This document shows, piece by piece, positions 38,015 through 47,749 of a stretch of 64,000 bases of DNA. This DNA comes from Candidatus Altiarchaeota archaeon. GTDB taxonomy: Archaea; Altiarchaeota; Altiarchaeia; IMC4; SCGC-AAA252-I15. Both the position numbers and the translations under genes were made by a program. Each line of letters starts with the position of its first letter. Positions within the stretch are counted from its first letter, which is position 1. The notes beneath the pieces were generated by a model. The model was not told the DNA's origin. It searched no databases and was given only the letters and a program-made list of their open reading frames with translations. The DNA lies in assembly GCA_043813075.1 (NCBI GenBank), contig JBDRLL010000033.1, forward strand, positions 6,574 through 70,573, read 5' to 3'.

Positions 38015-40762
38015 ATGAAGACATTGAAACGGATTGGATCCGTGGCTGCCGGCGCTCTAATGCTGGGTTCAGCAATAGCAGGCGCAGTAAGTGCAGGCAT
38101 GGACGACACCGGAATGACGAAGAACTTCTTCTATGACGCCAGCTTCAACCCTGTTGTGCAGATTGTTGTTGGTGAGAAGGGTCTAGCGTCAGACTCCGTT
38201 GCAGCAGGAAACATTGCAGCGGTAATAGGGAACCTGGCGTACACAAGTGCGACAGCAGACGCCACCGGCGGATCAGCCAGTGGACAAGTCGTGCTAGGAG
38301 TGTCCGCGAAGGGAGCTACAGGAAAGTTTGAGCAAGCAAGCCACCCAAGCTCTGGGAAGTTTATTACTACGAACACGGACAGTGACTCGTACATGGACTT
38401 CTACAACGACAACGATGGTTTGGTGTTCAAGAGCTCCGCAGAGACGTACTCGCGCGGCGAATTCGTGAGCTACAGCCTAGCTTGCGACCAGCAGCAGAGA
38501 ACAGAAGCCGGGATCCTAAAGGAGGGAACGTACAACAACGTACACTGCTTGTTCTGTCAGACGCTTTGTCTAGCACAGCTAGAGAACCCAGAGCACGAGA
38601 TGGAGGAGATGATATCTGTCGATTACAGCCAGATTACATGGTATGAAGACGGTCTAAGTACGGACGACGCCGAGGCGCTCACACTAAAGATCGCCAGCAA
38701 GGCAGTAACGTACATCGTGGACACAGGATACGTACCCATGAACACAATCGACGGTGGAAGCGCCACAGACGACCAGCTGGACTTTGAATGGAGAGGCAAG
38801 ATGATACTCTTCGGTGAAGAGTATTACGTGAAAGACATTGAAGGTATGACCAAAGTATACCTAGCAAAAGGTAAGATATTGGACGACATCTCATCTGAAG
38901 GATACACTTCAGAGTACATGGGGTACAAGTTCAAGATCGACCACCTGATATACTCAGCAGAGTACCAGGTCGCAGGGATACTCCTAGATGTCGAGAAGCC
39001 AGACGGAACAGTAGTCCAGACCCAGATCAGCAAGATGGCGAACGGTATCGTTGACGACATCGAGATAGCGGGCGTATACGCTGAAGAAGCGGATGCAGTC
39101 GCTACAGCGAGCATAATCGTCTATGATACGACAAGCAACGTTCTCTTGGAAGACGGTAAGGACATGGAGCTAGGCGGAGAAGTCAAGAAATACTGGAAAG
39201 TCGACTTAAGCACCGTAGGTGCAAACGACTCAAGCGTCGACGTGACAGAATACAACGCAGCCACATCCGGTACAGTATTGTCAAACATAACAATACAGTA
39301 CAGGCACTCTGTAGAACTAGAGGAAGGAGAGGCGTTGCAGTTCCCAAGCACGTTCAAGCTTGTGTTCGACGGCTTCAGGACGAACGACTACTCTGAGAGC
39401 GCGTGTTCAGGAGCAGGAAGCGGCGACATCGTCATTGAGAAGGAAGGCAAGTCAAGGTGTAAGATAAGCTTCACCGGTGACGACGGCAACAGGTACGACG
39501 ACGTGTATATGGACCAAGGTCCGTTCTCAGAAGGCGACATGTTCATACTAAATGGACTAGTCTTCGAGTACGACGACGCTAAGGAGCTTACAACCGACTT
39601 AACAACCCTAAGGTTAACCATGAGGGACCTGTTAAACGGCGGTAAGAAGACAGCAGACCTAACGGCCATATCGACGGCAGACATCGACGCGCTATACCTA
39701 TACACATACGCGTTCGAGTCAGCAGCCGACAACGACCAGGAGCTAACCGCAATCGAGCCAGACGCAGACCAAAACGACTCTGACGTATATGTAGGTGTGT
39801 TCGACGCCAACGGCGAAGACAAGCCCGTATTATACAACGGAGGAGACTTGTACCTAACCACAAGCACTGCAGTAGCTTCGATAAACGGTAGCCAGCTAGG
39901 TTGTCACGCAACACCATTCGGTGGAAGCGACCTGTCAAAGCTGCAGTTAGACGACGCAACCCTGAGCATAGACATATACAACGAGCCCAGTGCCTACGCA
40001 GGCGCGCCAAACGTAGCCTACGCTGGCAACAGCACTGCTGATTCGACAGCAGACAGGGACAACGACTACGACGACGCATTAATCCGCCTGGTAAACCAGG
40101 AGGGTGAATACATTGTCGTGGACTTCTATGACAGGGACTTCAACGACAGCGTGGACACATACTACTCTCAAGGTGTGTGGGCAGGCGGAAACAACCTACC
40201 GTGGGCTGGAAACACCAGCATGTACTCCGTAGGATTCGAGAACGAGGAGGACACATTGCTGATAACCCCACAGGGAGGTACGCGCGTGACAGTTGACTGG
40301 GGCGGAGCCCGTGAAGTCGACAAGGTCACAGTATGCCAGCCACAGGACGTAGTGTACTCCACAATCTTCCTGGGTACCGACGAAGCCACGACCACGATTG
40401 ACGCGGTCATAACAAAGGCTGACGAGGGAACCGAGAAGACTGTCGGATGCTGCAGTTACCTAGTGAAGGAGTTCGGCATAGCAGTGGACAGCGTCTCAGC
40501 GGAGACTGTTTCCATCAACCCGATTGTTGGAAACCTAGTCGTCCCAGAGATCGCAGCAGACACGACCAAGAACCTAGTGGTTGTTGGTGGACCATCCGTG
40601 AACGGACTTTGCGGTCTGACCAAGGATGAGATCCAGGCTGCTTCAGGCCAGTACGTCGTTCGTAAGGACGGTAGTAAGGTCTACATAGCAGGTTGGACAG
40701 CTGCAGACACTGTTGACGCCGGTAACGCCTTAATCGCTTGGTTACAGGCAAACGTCCACTAA
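38015..40762 (+). CDS. S-layer protein (Methanococcales/Thermococcales-type S_layer_N / S_layer_C termini)
   Basis: The signal peptide is MKTLKRIGSVAAGALMLGSAIAGAVSA. It has VVGEKGLASDSVAAGNIAAVIGNLAY, an acidic Thr/Asp-rich body with many N-x-S/T sequons, and the C-terminus NLVVVGGPSVNGL...YIAGWTAADTVDAGNALIAWL. Confidence 0.85.
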   Translation: MKTLKRIGSVAAGALMLGSAIAGAVSAGMDDTGMTKNFFYDASFNPVVQIVVGEKGLASDSVAAGNIAAVIGNLAYTSATADATGGSASGQVVLGVSAKGATGKFEQASHPSSGKFITTNTDSDSYMDFYNDNDGLVFKSSAETYSRGEFVSYSLACDQQQRTEAGILKEGTYNNVHCLFCQTLCLAQLENPEHEMEEMISVDYSQITWYEDGLSTDDAEALTLKIASKAVTYIVDTGYVPMNTIDGGSATDDQLDFEWRGKMILFGEEYYVKDIEGMTKVYLAKGKILDDISSEGYTSEYMGYKFKIDHLIYSAEYQVAGILLDVEKPDGTVVQTQISKMANGIVDDIEIAGVYAEEADAVATASIIVYDTTSNVLLEDGKDMELGGEVKKYWKVDLSTVGANDSSVDVTEYNAATSGTVLSNITIQYRHSVELEEGEALQFPSTFKLVFDGFRTNDYSESACSGAGSGDIVIEKEGKSRCKISFTGDDGNRYDDVYMDQGPFSEGDMFILNGLVFEYDDAKELTTDLTTLRLTMRDLLNGGKKTADLTAISTADIDALYLYTYAFESAADNDQELTAIEPDADQNDSDVYVGVFDANGEDKPVLYNGGDLYLTTSTAVASINGSQLGCHATPFGGSDLSKLQLDDATLSIDIYNEPSAYAGAPNVAYAGNSTADSTADRDNDYDDALIRLVNQEGEYIVVDFYDRDFNDSVDTYYSQGVWAGGNNLPWAGNTSMYSVGFENEEDTLLITPQGGTRVTVDWGGAREVDKVTVCQPQDVVYSTIFLGTDEATTTIDAVITKADEGTEKTVGCCSYLVKEFGIAVDSVSAETVSINPIVGNLVVPEIAADTTKNLVVVGGPSVNGLCGLTKDEIQAASGQYVVRKDGSKVYIAGWTAADTVDAGNALIAWLQANVH

Positions 40763-40777
40763 GGTGTTCGACCAAAA

Positions 40778-40817
40778 TGTCCCCCTTTTGGGGGACAAAA
40801 TTTTTCTTTTTCTTTTT
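40778..40817 (+). terminator. Hairpin plus T-tract terminator after the S-layer gene
   Basis: The hairpin tgtccccc-tttt-gggggaca is followed by tttttctttttcttttt. Confidence 0.7.
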
Positions 40818-40870
40818 ATTCCCCTGAAACATGCCGGAGGCACATATTTTTCCCTTAAAACCATATCAGT

Positions 40871-41626
40871 ATGATGCTCTATCTAGTCGGCTTGGGCCTG
40901 CATGATGAGGGTGACTTGAGCCTGAAGGGCCTTGATGCTTTAAGGAAGTGCGGTAAGGTTTACCTGGAGTCCTATACCAGCAAGTTCAAGGGGAGTCTTG
41001 AAAGGCTCTCGGAGCTGGCTGGGAAGGAGATTATGGTTTTGGGTAGGAGTGGTGTTGAGGAGGATGCCGTGTTCATTGAAGAGGCGCTTGAAGGGGATGT
41101 TTGCCTGCTGGTGTGCGGCGACCCGATGGCTGCAACAACCCATGCAGACCTGGTCTTACGAGCCAGGAGGAAGGGTGTGGAGGTTAGGGTAATCCACTCG
41201 TCTTCTATTTTCTCTGCAATCGGCGAGTGCGGCCTCCAACTATACAAGTTCGGCAGGACTACTACGCTCGCGTATCCTGATGGCGATTATTTTCCCATGA
41301 GCCCCTACGACGTTATAAGGGGTAACATGGAGTCTGGATTGCACACTCTCGTGCTGCTGGACGTTAGGAGTGATGAGGACAGGTTTATGAGTGTGAACGA
41401 GGCTGTCGGCCTGCTGTTGAGGATGGAGGGTGAGAAGAAGGAGGGTGTTGTCACAGAGGATTCCATGTGCCTTGGTGTCGCCAGGCTGGGTGGTGACGCC
41501 GTGATCAGATACGGGAAGGCGGGGGATTTGTTGAACGTGGATTTCAGGGGGCCGCCGCACGTGCTGATTATCCCAGGCAGACTTCATTTCATGGAGGAGG
41601 AGGCTCTGAAGGAGTATGTGATTTAG
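40871..41626 (+). CDS. dphB: Diphthine synthase
   Basis: It has MLYLVGLGL, GDPMAATTH, and tetrapyrrole-methylase-fold length. Confidence 0.9.
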   Translation: MMLYLVGLGLHDEGDLSLKGLDALRKCGKVYLESYTSKFKGSLERLSELAGKEIMVLGRSGVEEDAVFIEEALEGDVCLLVCGDPMAATTHADLVLRARRKGVEVRVIHSSSIFSAIGECGLQLYKFGRTTTLAYPDGDYFPMSPYDVIRGNMESGLHTLVLLDVRSDEDRFMSVNEAVGLLLRMEGEKKEGVVTEDSMCLGVARLGGDAVIRYGKAGDLLNVDFRGPPHVLIIPGRLHFMEEEALKEYVI

Positions 41627-41627
41627 A

Positions 41628-41969
41628 ATGATCCTGGATTACATGGGCGTGTTCATGGCGTTTTTCCTGATATTAGTCAACGGCATCAGCTGGATTATCA
41701 CGATAATAGCGGTAATCGATATCCTAAAGAGGGATTTCGAGAATAAGCAGCATAAGGTCCCGTGGATAATTGGCGTGGTTTTCCTGGGATGGTTTGGGGT
41801 CATAGCGTATTACGTTTTTGTCGTCCGGAAGGTCAGGTGGACTATGTGGGACCGTGAAATCAAGGGTGGGGAGGATAAGGACGATATGATGAGGAAGAAT
41901 GTGAAAAAGACGGTAATGGGAGGTAGGGAGACTGTCATACTGGATGGGAAGGAGTATTCTGGGAGATGA
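41628..41969 (+). CDS. Small membrane protein with PLDc_N-like domain
   Basis: It has two TM helices flanking DILKRDFENKQHKVPWIIGVVFLGWFGVIAYYVF. Confidence 0.6.
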   Translation: MILDYMGVFMAFFLILVNGISWIITIIAVIDILKRDFENKQHKVPWIIGVVFLGWFGVIAYYVFVVRKVRWTMWDREIKGGEDKDDMMRKNVKKTVMGGRETVILDGKEYSGR

Positions 41970-41999
41970 CACCCGCATCAGTCCGGAGGGGGTGTGATG

Positions 42000-43118
42000 T
42001 CATGTGGTTCGCTGGGGCGCGGGGTTGTTCCTGCCAACACCCTCACGGCTCGTGTTTTTGAGTATGATGCTTCCAAGGCTTTTAAGACGCTCGTCCACAG
42101 GATTCTCCATGATTTTCTTGAATTCACTCCAAGAAGTCCCCTCCTTGAAGGAGAGGAATAATGTGTTGGAATAGTATTCCACATAGTAGGTGGAGGGGAA
42201 CAATGATAGCAGCCGGTCGTATATTGCAGACTTTATGCCAGGCCCGTAGGGGGTGATGTAGTTAAGCACGAAGCATCCGTTTTCAGTTAGTCTTTCACGC
42301 ACCATCCCTAGGGTGTCCTCGTTTGTCAGCTCGGGAGGCACACCCTCTCCAGAGAATGCGTCGAATACTATGGCACCGTAATGCTTGCCGCATGATTGAA
42401 GGAAGCTGAGGCCGTCAGTCTGGTGGAGTATCACTCTGTCTGGTTTTTCCCCGAAATATCTCTCGCAAGTGGTGAAGACGTCTGTGTCCGGGTCGACCGC
42501 GTCGACTAGGGACTCCGTGAAGTATGCGTATTGCCTTGCTATGGTGCCTGCCGCAACACCCACGAGAAGAACATCCGACACCCCAGGGTTCTTGAATATG
42601 GGGGCGAGGCAGATGTCCCAGAAGCCTCCGGTGAATGGAGACTTCAAGTGTATTTGAGAGTGGGTTAGAGACCGGTCTCCGGTTAATAGGCGGGTCACGT
42701 CACCAGCCTTCTCTACGATAAGGCCGTGCACCCCTATTTCCTCTGAAAAATCCGGGGGCTGGTTCAAGCTTATCTCGATTAGGACGCTTATTCTGACAGA
42801 GTCGATGGAGTAGGGGTTCATTTCCAGAGACTTGCTTGCTGAATCACGGGCGTCCTGCATTTCATTGAGGTAGTATAAGGCAACAGCCTTGAGGTAGTAG
42901 GCGTGGTCGCTTTCATAACCGGCCTTGAGATATGACTCGATGTCTGATAGCGCGGACGAGTAGTCGCCAAGCCGGTAGTGGGATACCGCCCGGTTGAACA
43001 TGCATTTGTTGCATGCGTCGCGTTCCAATACTATGCTATAGAAGCCGATGGCTTCCGCGTATCTGGCGTTATTGAAAAGTAGGTCGCCTGCTTTCCTGAA
43101 GTCATCTATATAGTACAT
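42000..43118 (-). CDS. TPR-repeat / spermidine-synthase-like methyltransferase-fold fusion protein
   Basis: N-terminal TPR-like repeats (YAEAIGFYSIVLERD..., YSSALSDIESYLKAG..., YYLKAVALYYLNE) precede a C-terminal Rossmann region (VLLVGVAAGTIARQY...AVDPD...FDAFSGEGVPPEL). Confidence 0.55.
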   Translation of the reverse strand: MYYIDDFRKAGDLLFNNARYAEAIGFYSIVLERDACNKCMFNRAVSHYRLGDYSSALSDIESYLKAGYESDHAYYLKAVALYYLNEMQDARDSASKSLEMNPYSIDSVRISVLIEISLNQPPDFSEEIGVHGLIVEKAGDVTRLLTGDRSLTHSQIHLKSPFTGGFWDICLAPIFKNPGVSDVLLVGVAAGTIARQYAYFTESLVDAVDPDTDVFTTCERYFGEKPDRVILHQTDGLSFLQSCGKHYGAIVFDAFSGEGVPPELTNEDTLGMVRERLTENGCFVLNYITPYGPGIKSAIYDRLLSLFPSTYYVEYYSNTLFLSFKEGTSWSEFKKIMENPVDERLKSLGSIILKNTSREGVGRNNPAPQRTT

Positions 43119-43849
43119 TATAAGCTCTTCCGGAATAATCCTTCCATTATTTTTAGGTTCTTCCTGTTGTCGAATCTAGCAGCAATAGAAGCCAGTCTTC
43201 CACGGGACATGTCTTTCATGCTCCTTGCGTGGACAATCATGTTTGGGACTGCCCTGACCACGTTGTCGACTATGGTTATGTCAGCCGTCCTGGCTGTCCG
43301 TGACAGGGGATTCAAGTCCACTGCGATAACCTTCTTGCCCATCGCCTTCAAAGCCCCAGTACGGTCGCCGTCCTCCAGCATCACCAGGACTGTGTCGGAA
43401 TCCCATAACGCATCGTCCACGTTCGCCCTCTGGCTGCCCAATCCAGGAATCCTATGCCGCTTCCGGAGGCCGTAAACCAGTTCCGCGCCGGAATCCTCCA
43501 GCACCCTGGCTATAAGCCTCTCCCTTAGGGGGGTCCTATAGAAGAGGTTGACCTCAAGGAGGGCTTTAACAGCCTTTGAAAGCCGTATAACGTCCTTAGG
43601 GCATAGTGCGGCAACATTCCCGTTGACCGAGAAAACAGGTTTTTCAGAGGATAAAAGGAGGGCGGAGGCCGCCTTCTCAGCCCTCTCAGCGTGCACGCAC
43701 GTCCTTTCTCCTAGCAAGTAGTCATAGGCCTCTCCACGTCCATGCGCAATAAGGCCCGTCTCTGCCACAAACCCTTGTTTTAGGCCGTCCACGAGCCTGT
43801 GGCGTAGGTCTAGGGAGGTTTTTCTCGGGTGTTGCGGCGGGTTATTCAT
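43118..43849 (-). CDS. Archaeal phosphopantothenate synthetase (4-phosphopantoate--beta-alanine ligase, COG1701)
   Basis: Motifs are GLIAHGRGEAYDYLLGE, SVNGNVAAL, EVNLFYRT, LEDGDRT and DLNPLSRTARTADITIVDNVVRAVPNM. Confidence 0.85.
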   Translation of the reverse strand: MNNPPQHPRKTSLDLRHRLVDGLKQGFVAETGLIAHGRGEAYDYLLGERTCVHAERAEKAASALLLSSEKPVFSVNGNVAALCPKDVIRLSKAVKALLEVNLFYRTPLRERLIARVLEDSGAELVYGLRKRHRIPGLGSQRANVDDALWDSDTVLVMLEDGDRTGALKAMGKKVIAVDLNPLSRTARTADITIVDNVVRAVPNMIVHARSMKDMSRGRLASIAARFDNRKNLKIMEGLFRKSL

Positions 43850-43882
43850 GTGATTTTTATATTAAACTTACGCATTATAATA

Positions 43883-44001
43883 CGGTCAACGGCCATAGCG
43901 GAGGGGCAACACCCGCAACCATTCCGAACGCGGAAGTAAAGTCCTCCAGCGATCCATACAGTACTGCTTACAAAGTGGGAATTATGGGACGCTGTTGACC
44001 A
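43883..44001 (+). rRNA. rrf: 5S ribosomal RNA, not linked to 16S/23S in this window
   Basis: The sequence GGTCAACGGCCATAGCGGAGGGGCAACACCCGCAACCATTCCGAACGCGGAAGTAAAGTCCTCCAGCGATCC...GCTGTTGACC has the terminal helix GGTCAAC/GTTGACC. The TATA-like box tttttatatta lies about 25 nt upstream. Confidence 0.9.
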
Positions 44002-44068
44002 CCCCTCACTCTCACTATTCAAGCCCTGATTCTATTTATTCCATTATTCAATCTCTATTCTACGCACC

Positions 44069-45712
44069 ATGGACGAATACCAGAGGATAATAACAGGGAT
44101 AATCAGGGGGGATATTTCCACTAGAAGCCAGTTGGATGAGGAGAAGAGGCGGCTGTCATCTGAACTGGGCTTAGACCATTTCATACGGAACAGCGACATA
44201 CTCAAGCACGCTAACGCCGAGGAGAGGAAGGCGATAAAGAGGTTCCTCCAGAAGAAGCCCATGAGAAGCATGTCTGGTGTCGCGGTGGTTGCGGCAATGA
44301 CCATGCCCAGCAGGTGCCCGCACGGCAAGTGCAGGTACTGCCCCGGCGGCCCGGACACCAACGTGCCCCAGAGTTACACCGGAAAGGAGCCTGCGACACG
44401 CAGGGCCATACAGTACGGCTTCAACCCCTACTTGCAGACCACGTTCAGGCTCCACCAGCTGAAGACCATAGGTCATCCGATAGACAAGGTGGAGTTGATC
44501 GTGATGGGGGGGACGCTTACCGCACAGTGCCTTGACTATCAGGACTGGTTTGTGAAGGAATGCCTCCTGGCCATGAATGATTATGACGTGAACGGCAGGC
44601 GGATTATCGAGATTGGTGAGGAAGGATTCATCAAGGAATATGAGTCTTCACCCAAGACGTTCTCCTATAGGGAGGACGTGCAGGAGGGGAATGAGAGGGC
44701 TAGCGTTAGGTGTGTTGGAATAACCTTCGAGCCGAGGCCGGACTGGGCCAAACGGGAGCAGATAGGATTCATGCTGGACTTCGGCGTGACCAGGGTGGAG
44801 GTTGGGGTTCAGAATCCGGACGACATGGTGTATGAGCATGTGGAGAGGGGTCATACTGTGGCTGATGTCGTGGAGTCCACGCAACTATTGAAGGATTCAG
44901 GGATCAAGGTGGGCTACCACATGATGCCTGGCATAATGGGCTACGACCATGATTCGGACTTGAATGCCTTCAAGAGTATTTTCAACAGACAGGAGTTCAG
45001 GCCCGACATGGTGAAGATATACCCGTGCATAGTCCTGAAGGGAACTGATTACTACAGGAGGTGGGTGGACGGAGAGTTCGAGCCCATGACCACCGGGCAG
45101 GCTGTGGACTTGATCGCTGAAGTCAAAGGCATGATGCCAAAGTGGGTTAGGACCATGCGAATCATGAGGGACATACCCAGCAACCTTATTGAGGCAGGCA
45201 TAAAGTCGAGCAACCTGGGGCAGATGGTTTACAGGAGGATGAGGGAGAAGGGGATAAAATGCAGTTGCATCAGGTGCAGGGAGGTTGGAAGATTCATGGA
45301 GAAGGGTGTGGAGCCTGACCCAGACGACATAAGGATAGTGCGGGAGGATTATGACGCTAGCGGAGGCAGGGAAGTGTTCCTAAGCTTCGAGGACGTTAAG
45401 AAGGACATACTAATCGGGTTCACCCGCCTGAGGATACCTTATAGGCCATTCCGCCCTGAGATAACAGAGGATTCCGGGCTCATAAGGGAGCTTCACGTCT
45501 ACGGCCCCATGGTGGAGATAGACGAGAGGCCTGAATACGAGTGGCAGCACAGGGGGTACGGCACCGAGTTGATAGGTGAGGCTGAGAGGATTGCCGCAGA
45601 GGATTTCGGGCTCGGCAGGATGGTCATCACGTCAGGCATCGGCGTGAGAGAGTACTACCGTAGGATGGGCTACTCGCGGGATGGGGCCTACATGAGCAAG
45701 AGCCTAGTTTAG
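44069..45712 (+). CDS. elp3: Elp3-type radical SAM / GNAT tRNA modification enzyme
   Basis: It has the radical SAM cluster CPHGKCRYCPGG and a C-terminal GNAT region (HRGYGTELIGEAERIA). Confidence 0.9.
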   Translation: MDEYQRIITGIIRGDISTRSQLDEEKRRLSSELGLDHFIRNSDILKHANAEERKAIKRFLQKKPMRSMSGVAVVAAMTMPSRCPHGKCRYCPGGPDTNVPQSYTGKEPATRRAIQYGFNPYLQTTFRLHQLKTIGHPIDKVELIVMGGTLTAQCLDYQDWFVKECLLAMNDYDVNGRRIIEIGEEGFIKEYESSPKTFSYREDVQEGNERASVRCVGITFEPRPDWAKREQIGFMLDFGVTRVEVGVQNPDDMVYEHVERGHTVADVVESTQLLKDSGIKVGYHMMPGIMGYDHDSDLNAFKSIFNRQEFRPDMVKIYPCIVLKGTDYYRRWVDGEFEPMTTGQAVDLIAEVKGMMPKWVRTMRIMRDIPSNLIEAGIKSSNLGQMVYRRMREKGIKCSCIRCREVGRFMEKGVEPDPDDIRIVREDYDASGGREVFLSFEDVKKDILIGFTRLRIPYRPFRPEITEDSGLIRELHVYGPMVEIDERPEYEWQHRGYGTELIGEAERIAAEDFGLGRMVITSGIGVREYYRRMGYSRDGAYMSKSLV

Positions 45713-47182
45713 CCCGAGTATGTCGTAGGCCTTTAGGACTATCATCTGGAAAAGGGGTATGACGTTGACTATGAACACGACCACCGTGAACACTATTATG
45801 GTGTACATTATCCGTTTAACATCCAGTTCCCTTAGTTTTGTGGAGTAGACCAGTTCCTTGAACATCCTGCCGCCGTCAAAAGGCAGCAAGGGCAGGAGGT
45901 TCACGAGTCCGATGTTTATGTTGAAGAATATTATCCACTCAAGTGCCTTGAGGAATACCGACACGTATGACGTGCTGATGAACCCCATCAGCCCGGTGAA
46001 AGACACGTCATCGGTGACGTACACCCCCATGTATCCCTTGCCAGGCTCTGTTGGGTTTTCAGCCATCGTGAAGGAACGCACCCCAGAGCTTGTGTTTAGA
46101 GTCACCCGCTCGCCAGCCTTAAGGCTTGAAGTCGCATTGAGGAAGCCTTCAACATTGGAGAGCGGCATGCTGTTTATCGAGTGTATTATGGAATCCTTCG
46201 CCAGGTATTCCTCTGCAGGATAGCCTTCAATGAAGCCCACTATCCGCACCCCATTGTATACCATATGGTTTGAAAGCAGGGACATTGCGAGGAGTATGAC
46301 CAATACAGACGTGATACCAACCGCGAAGTTGGCGAACGACCCCATAGTGTAGACGCGCATCCTGTCCAGCCCAGAGCGTTTGTTCAGCTCATCCTCGTCA
46401 GGCTCGACAAATGCGCCTATGGGAAATGAGCCTATCGTAAGAAGGCCTGTTGACTTCAGTTTTACCCCGCAGACTCTCGTAAGCACACCATGGGAGATTT
46501 CATGGGAGCCGAGGGTTATTATGATCGCGAGGAGGGCATACCACCAGGGTATGAAGAGGTCGTATCCGGGGAATGCAACGCCTATATTGCCCTCCCTCGA
46601 CGAGGGCAATAGGGGTGACACGCCAGGAAGGTCGGTCTCACCGTATAGTATCGTGATCCCGTGGGATGTGAGGGCGTATATCAGGAGGGCTGGCAGCCCG
46701 AACACGCCGACAAAAACAGACAAGAGCATGTTGTTCGTCGGGAGATACGTGATGACAGACATTATTATTGACGATAGCGTGAAGTCAACTATCGTGGAAC
46801 GCATCCTGCCGGACATGGCATAAGCCATGAGTACAAGCAGTGATGAGCCTGCAGCGAACGTGATGCTGTATCCGGAAAAAAATGCGGTGATTACTGCCAA
46901 AAAACCCAGCACTAGGAAGCTCTTCCTGAAGTTGCCGCGGGATAGGTCGTCTTTAGAAAGGTAATATCCGCCGAGGCCGCCGAAAGACAGGAATATGGAG
47001 AAGTCGGCTAGAAACCGCCATAGGGAAGGCGCTAGGTTAGCTATGGAACTTATCAGGCGCATGCCATAGTTTGAACGCATTATGTAGAAGGTGCCGTAAT
47101 ACCTCTCGGTCTTGGACTTGTAGAGTATAATCCATCCCAGCCCGAAAAGCGATATTAAAAACAGGTTTACGTCCATCTTCAC
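45704..47182 (-). CDS. Site-2 protease (peptidase M50) with PDZ domain
   Basis: It has HEISHG, NLLPLLPFDGG and an internal PDZ-like segment, and is polytopic. Confidence 0.85.
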   Translation of the reverse strand: MKMDVNLFLISLFGLGWIILYKSKTERYYGTFYIMRSNYGMRLISSIANLAPSLWRFLADFSIFLSFGGLGGYYLSKDDLSRGNFRKSFLVLGFLAVITAFFSGYSITFAAGSSLLVLMAYAMSGRMRSTIVDFTLSSIIMSVITYLPTNNMLLSVFVGVFGLPALLIYALTSHGITILYGETDLPGVSPLLPSSREGNIGVAFPGYDLFIPWWYALLAIIITLGSHEISHGVLTRVCGVKLKSTGLLTIGSFPIGAFVEPDEDELNKRSGLDRMRVYTMGSFANFAVGITSVLVILLAMSLLSNHMVYNGVRIVGFIEGYPAEEYLAKDSIIHSINSMPLSNVEGFLNATSSLKAGERVTLNTSSGVRSFTMAENPTEPGKGYMGVYVTDDVSFTGLMGFISTSYVSVFLKALEWIIFFNINIGLVNLLPLLPFDGGRMFKELVYSTKLRELDVKRIMYTIIVFTVVVFIVNVIPLFQMIVLKAYDILGLN

Positions 47183-47658
47183 TACTTCTTCTTTTTAACC
47201 ACAATCATGTCGCCGAGAGTCAGAGGCTTGCTTTCCCCACCACTCATCTTCACCTCATCATCATCCGAGTGCGGAACCAGCAAGCGTATCCCAAGCGCCT
47301 TCTCCAGCTTCTTTAAGACACTAGGGTTCGGCTCGATCCTGGACGACTCGATCCGGTGTATGAGGGATGAAGGCTCATTCACCATGCGGGCCAGCTCCTC
47401 CTGCCGGAGGCCCTTCTTCTCCCTCGACTCCTTTATCCTGCGGGCATATTCTTCAACCAAGTCCTCCCCGGACTCTATCTTGAATTCTGGCTTAACATTC
47501 ACAACCCTCACAGGCTTCTTCTCTGCCTTAGGCTTTAGGGAGACCGTCTTAACGACCTCACCGACGCTGGAGCAGTCCCTGCAGGCGGTGACTTCACCAC
47601 CCTCGAGGGTAACCTTCACCCCATCATTGATGAATTTGCCGCAAATCTCGCATATCAT
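47182..47658 (-). CDS. mbf1: Archaeal multiprotein bridging factor 1 (Zn ribbon + XRE HTH)
   Basis: It has CEICG...CRDC followed by KGLRQEELARMVNEPSSLIHRIESSRIEP. The start is set at MICEICG (47658). Confidence 0.85.
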   Translation of the reverse strand: MICEICGKFINDGVKVTLEGGEVTACRDCSSVGEVVKTVSLKPKAEKKPVRVVNVKPEFKIESGEDLVEEYARRIKESREKKGLRQEELARMVNEPSSLIHRIESSRIEPNPSVLKKLEKALGIRLLVPHSDDDEVKMSGGESKPLTLGDMIVVKKKK

Positions 47659-47749
47659 GAGAACCCAACCTCTATATGAATTGGGGTTACCTGTAATAAA
47701 ATGAACAATCACTGGGGGAATAGAAAAAATAAAAGGGTTTCAGGCCCGT

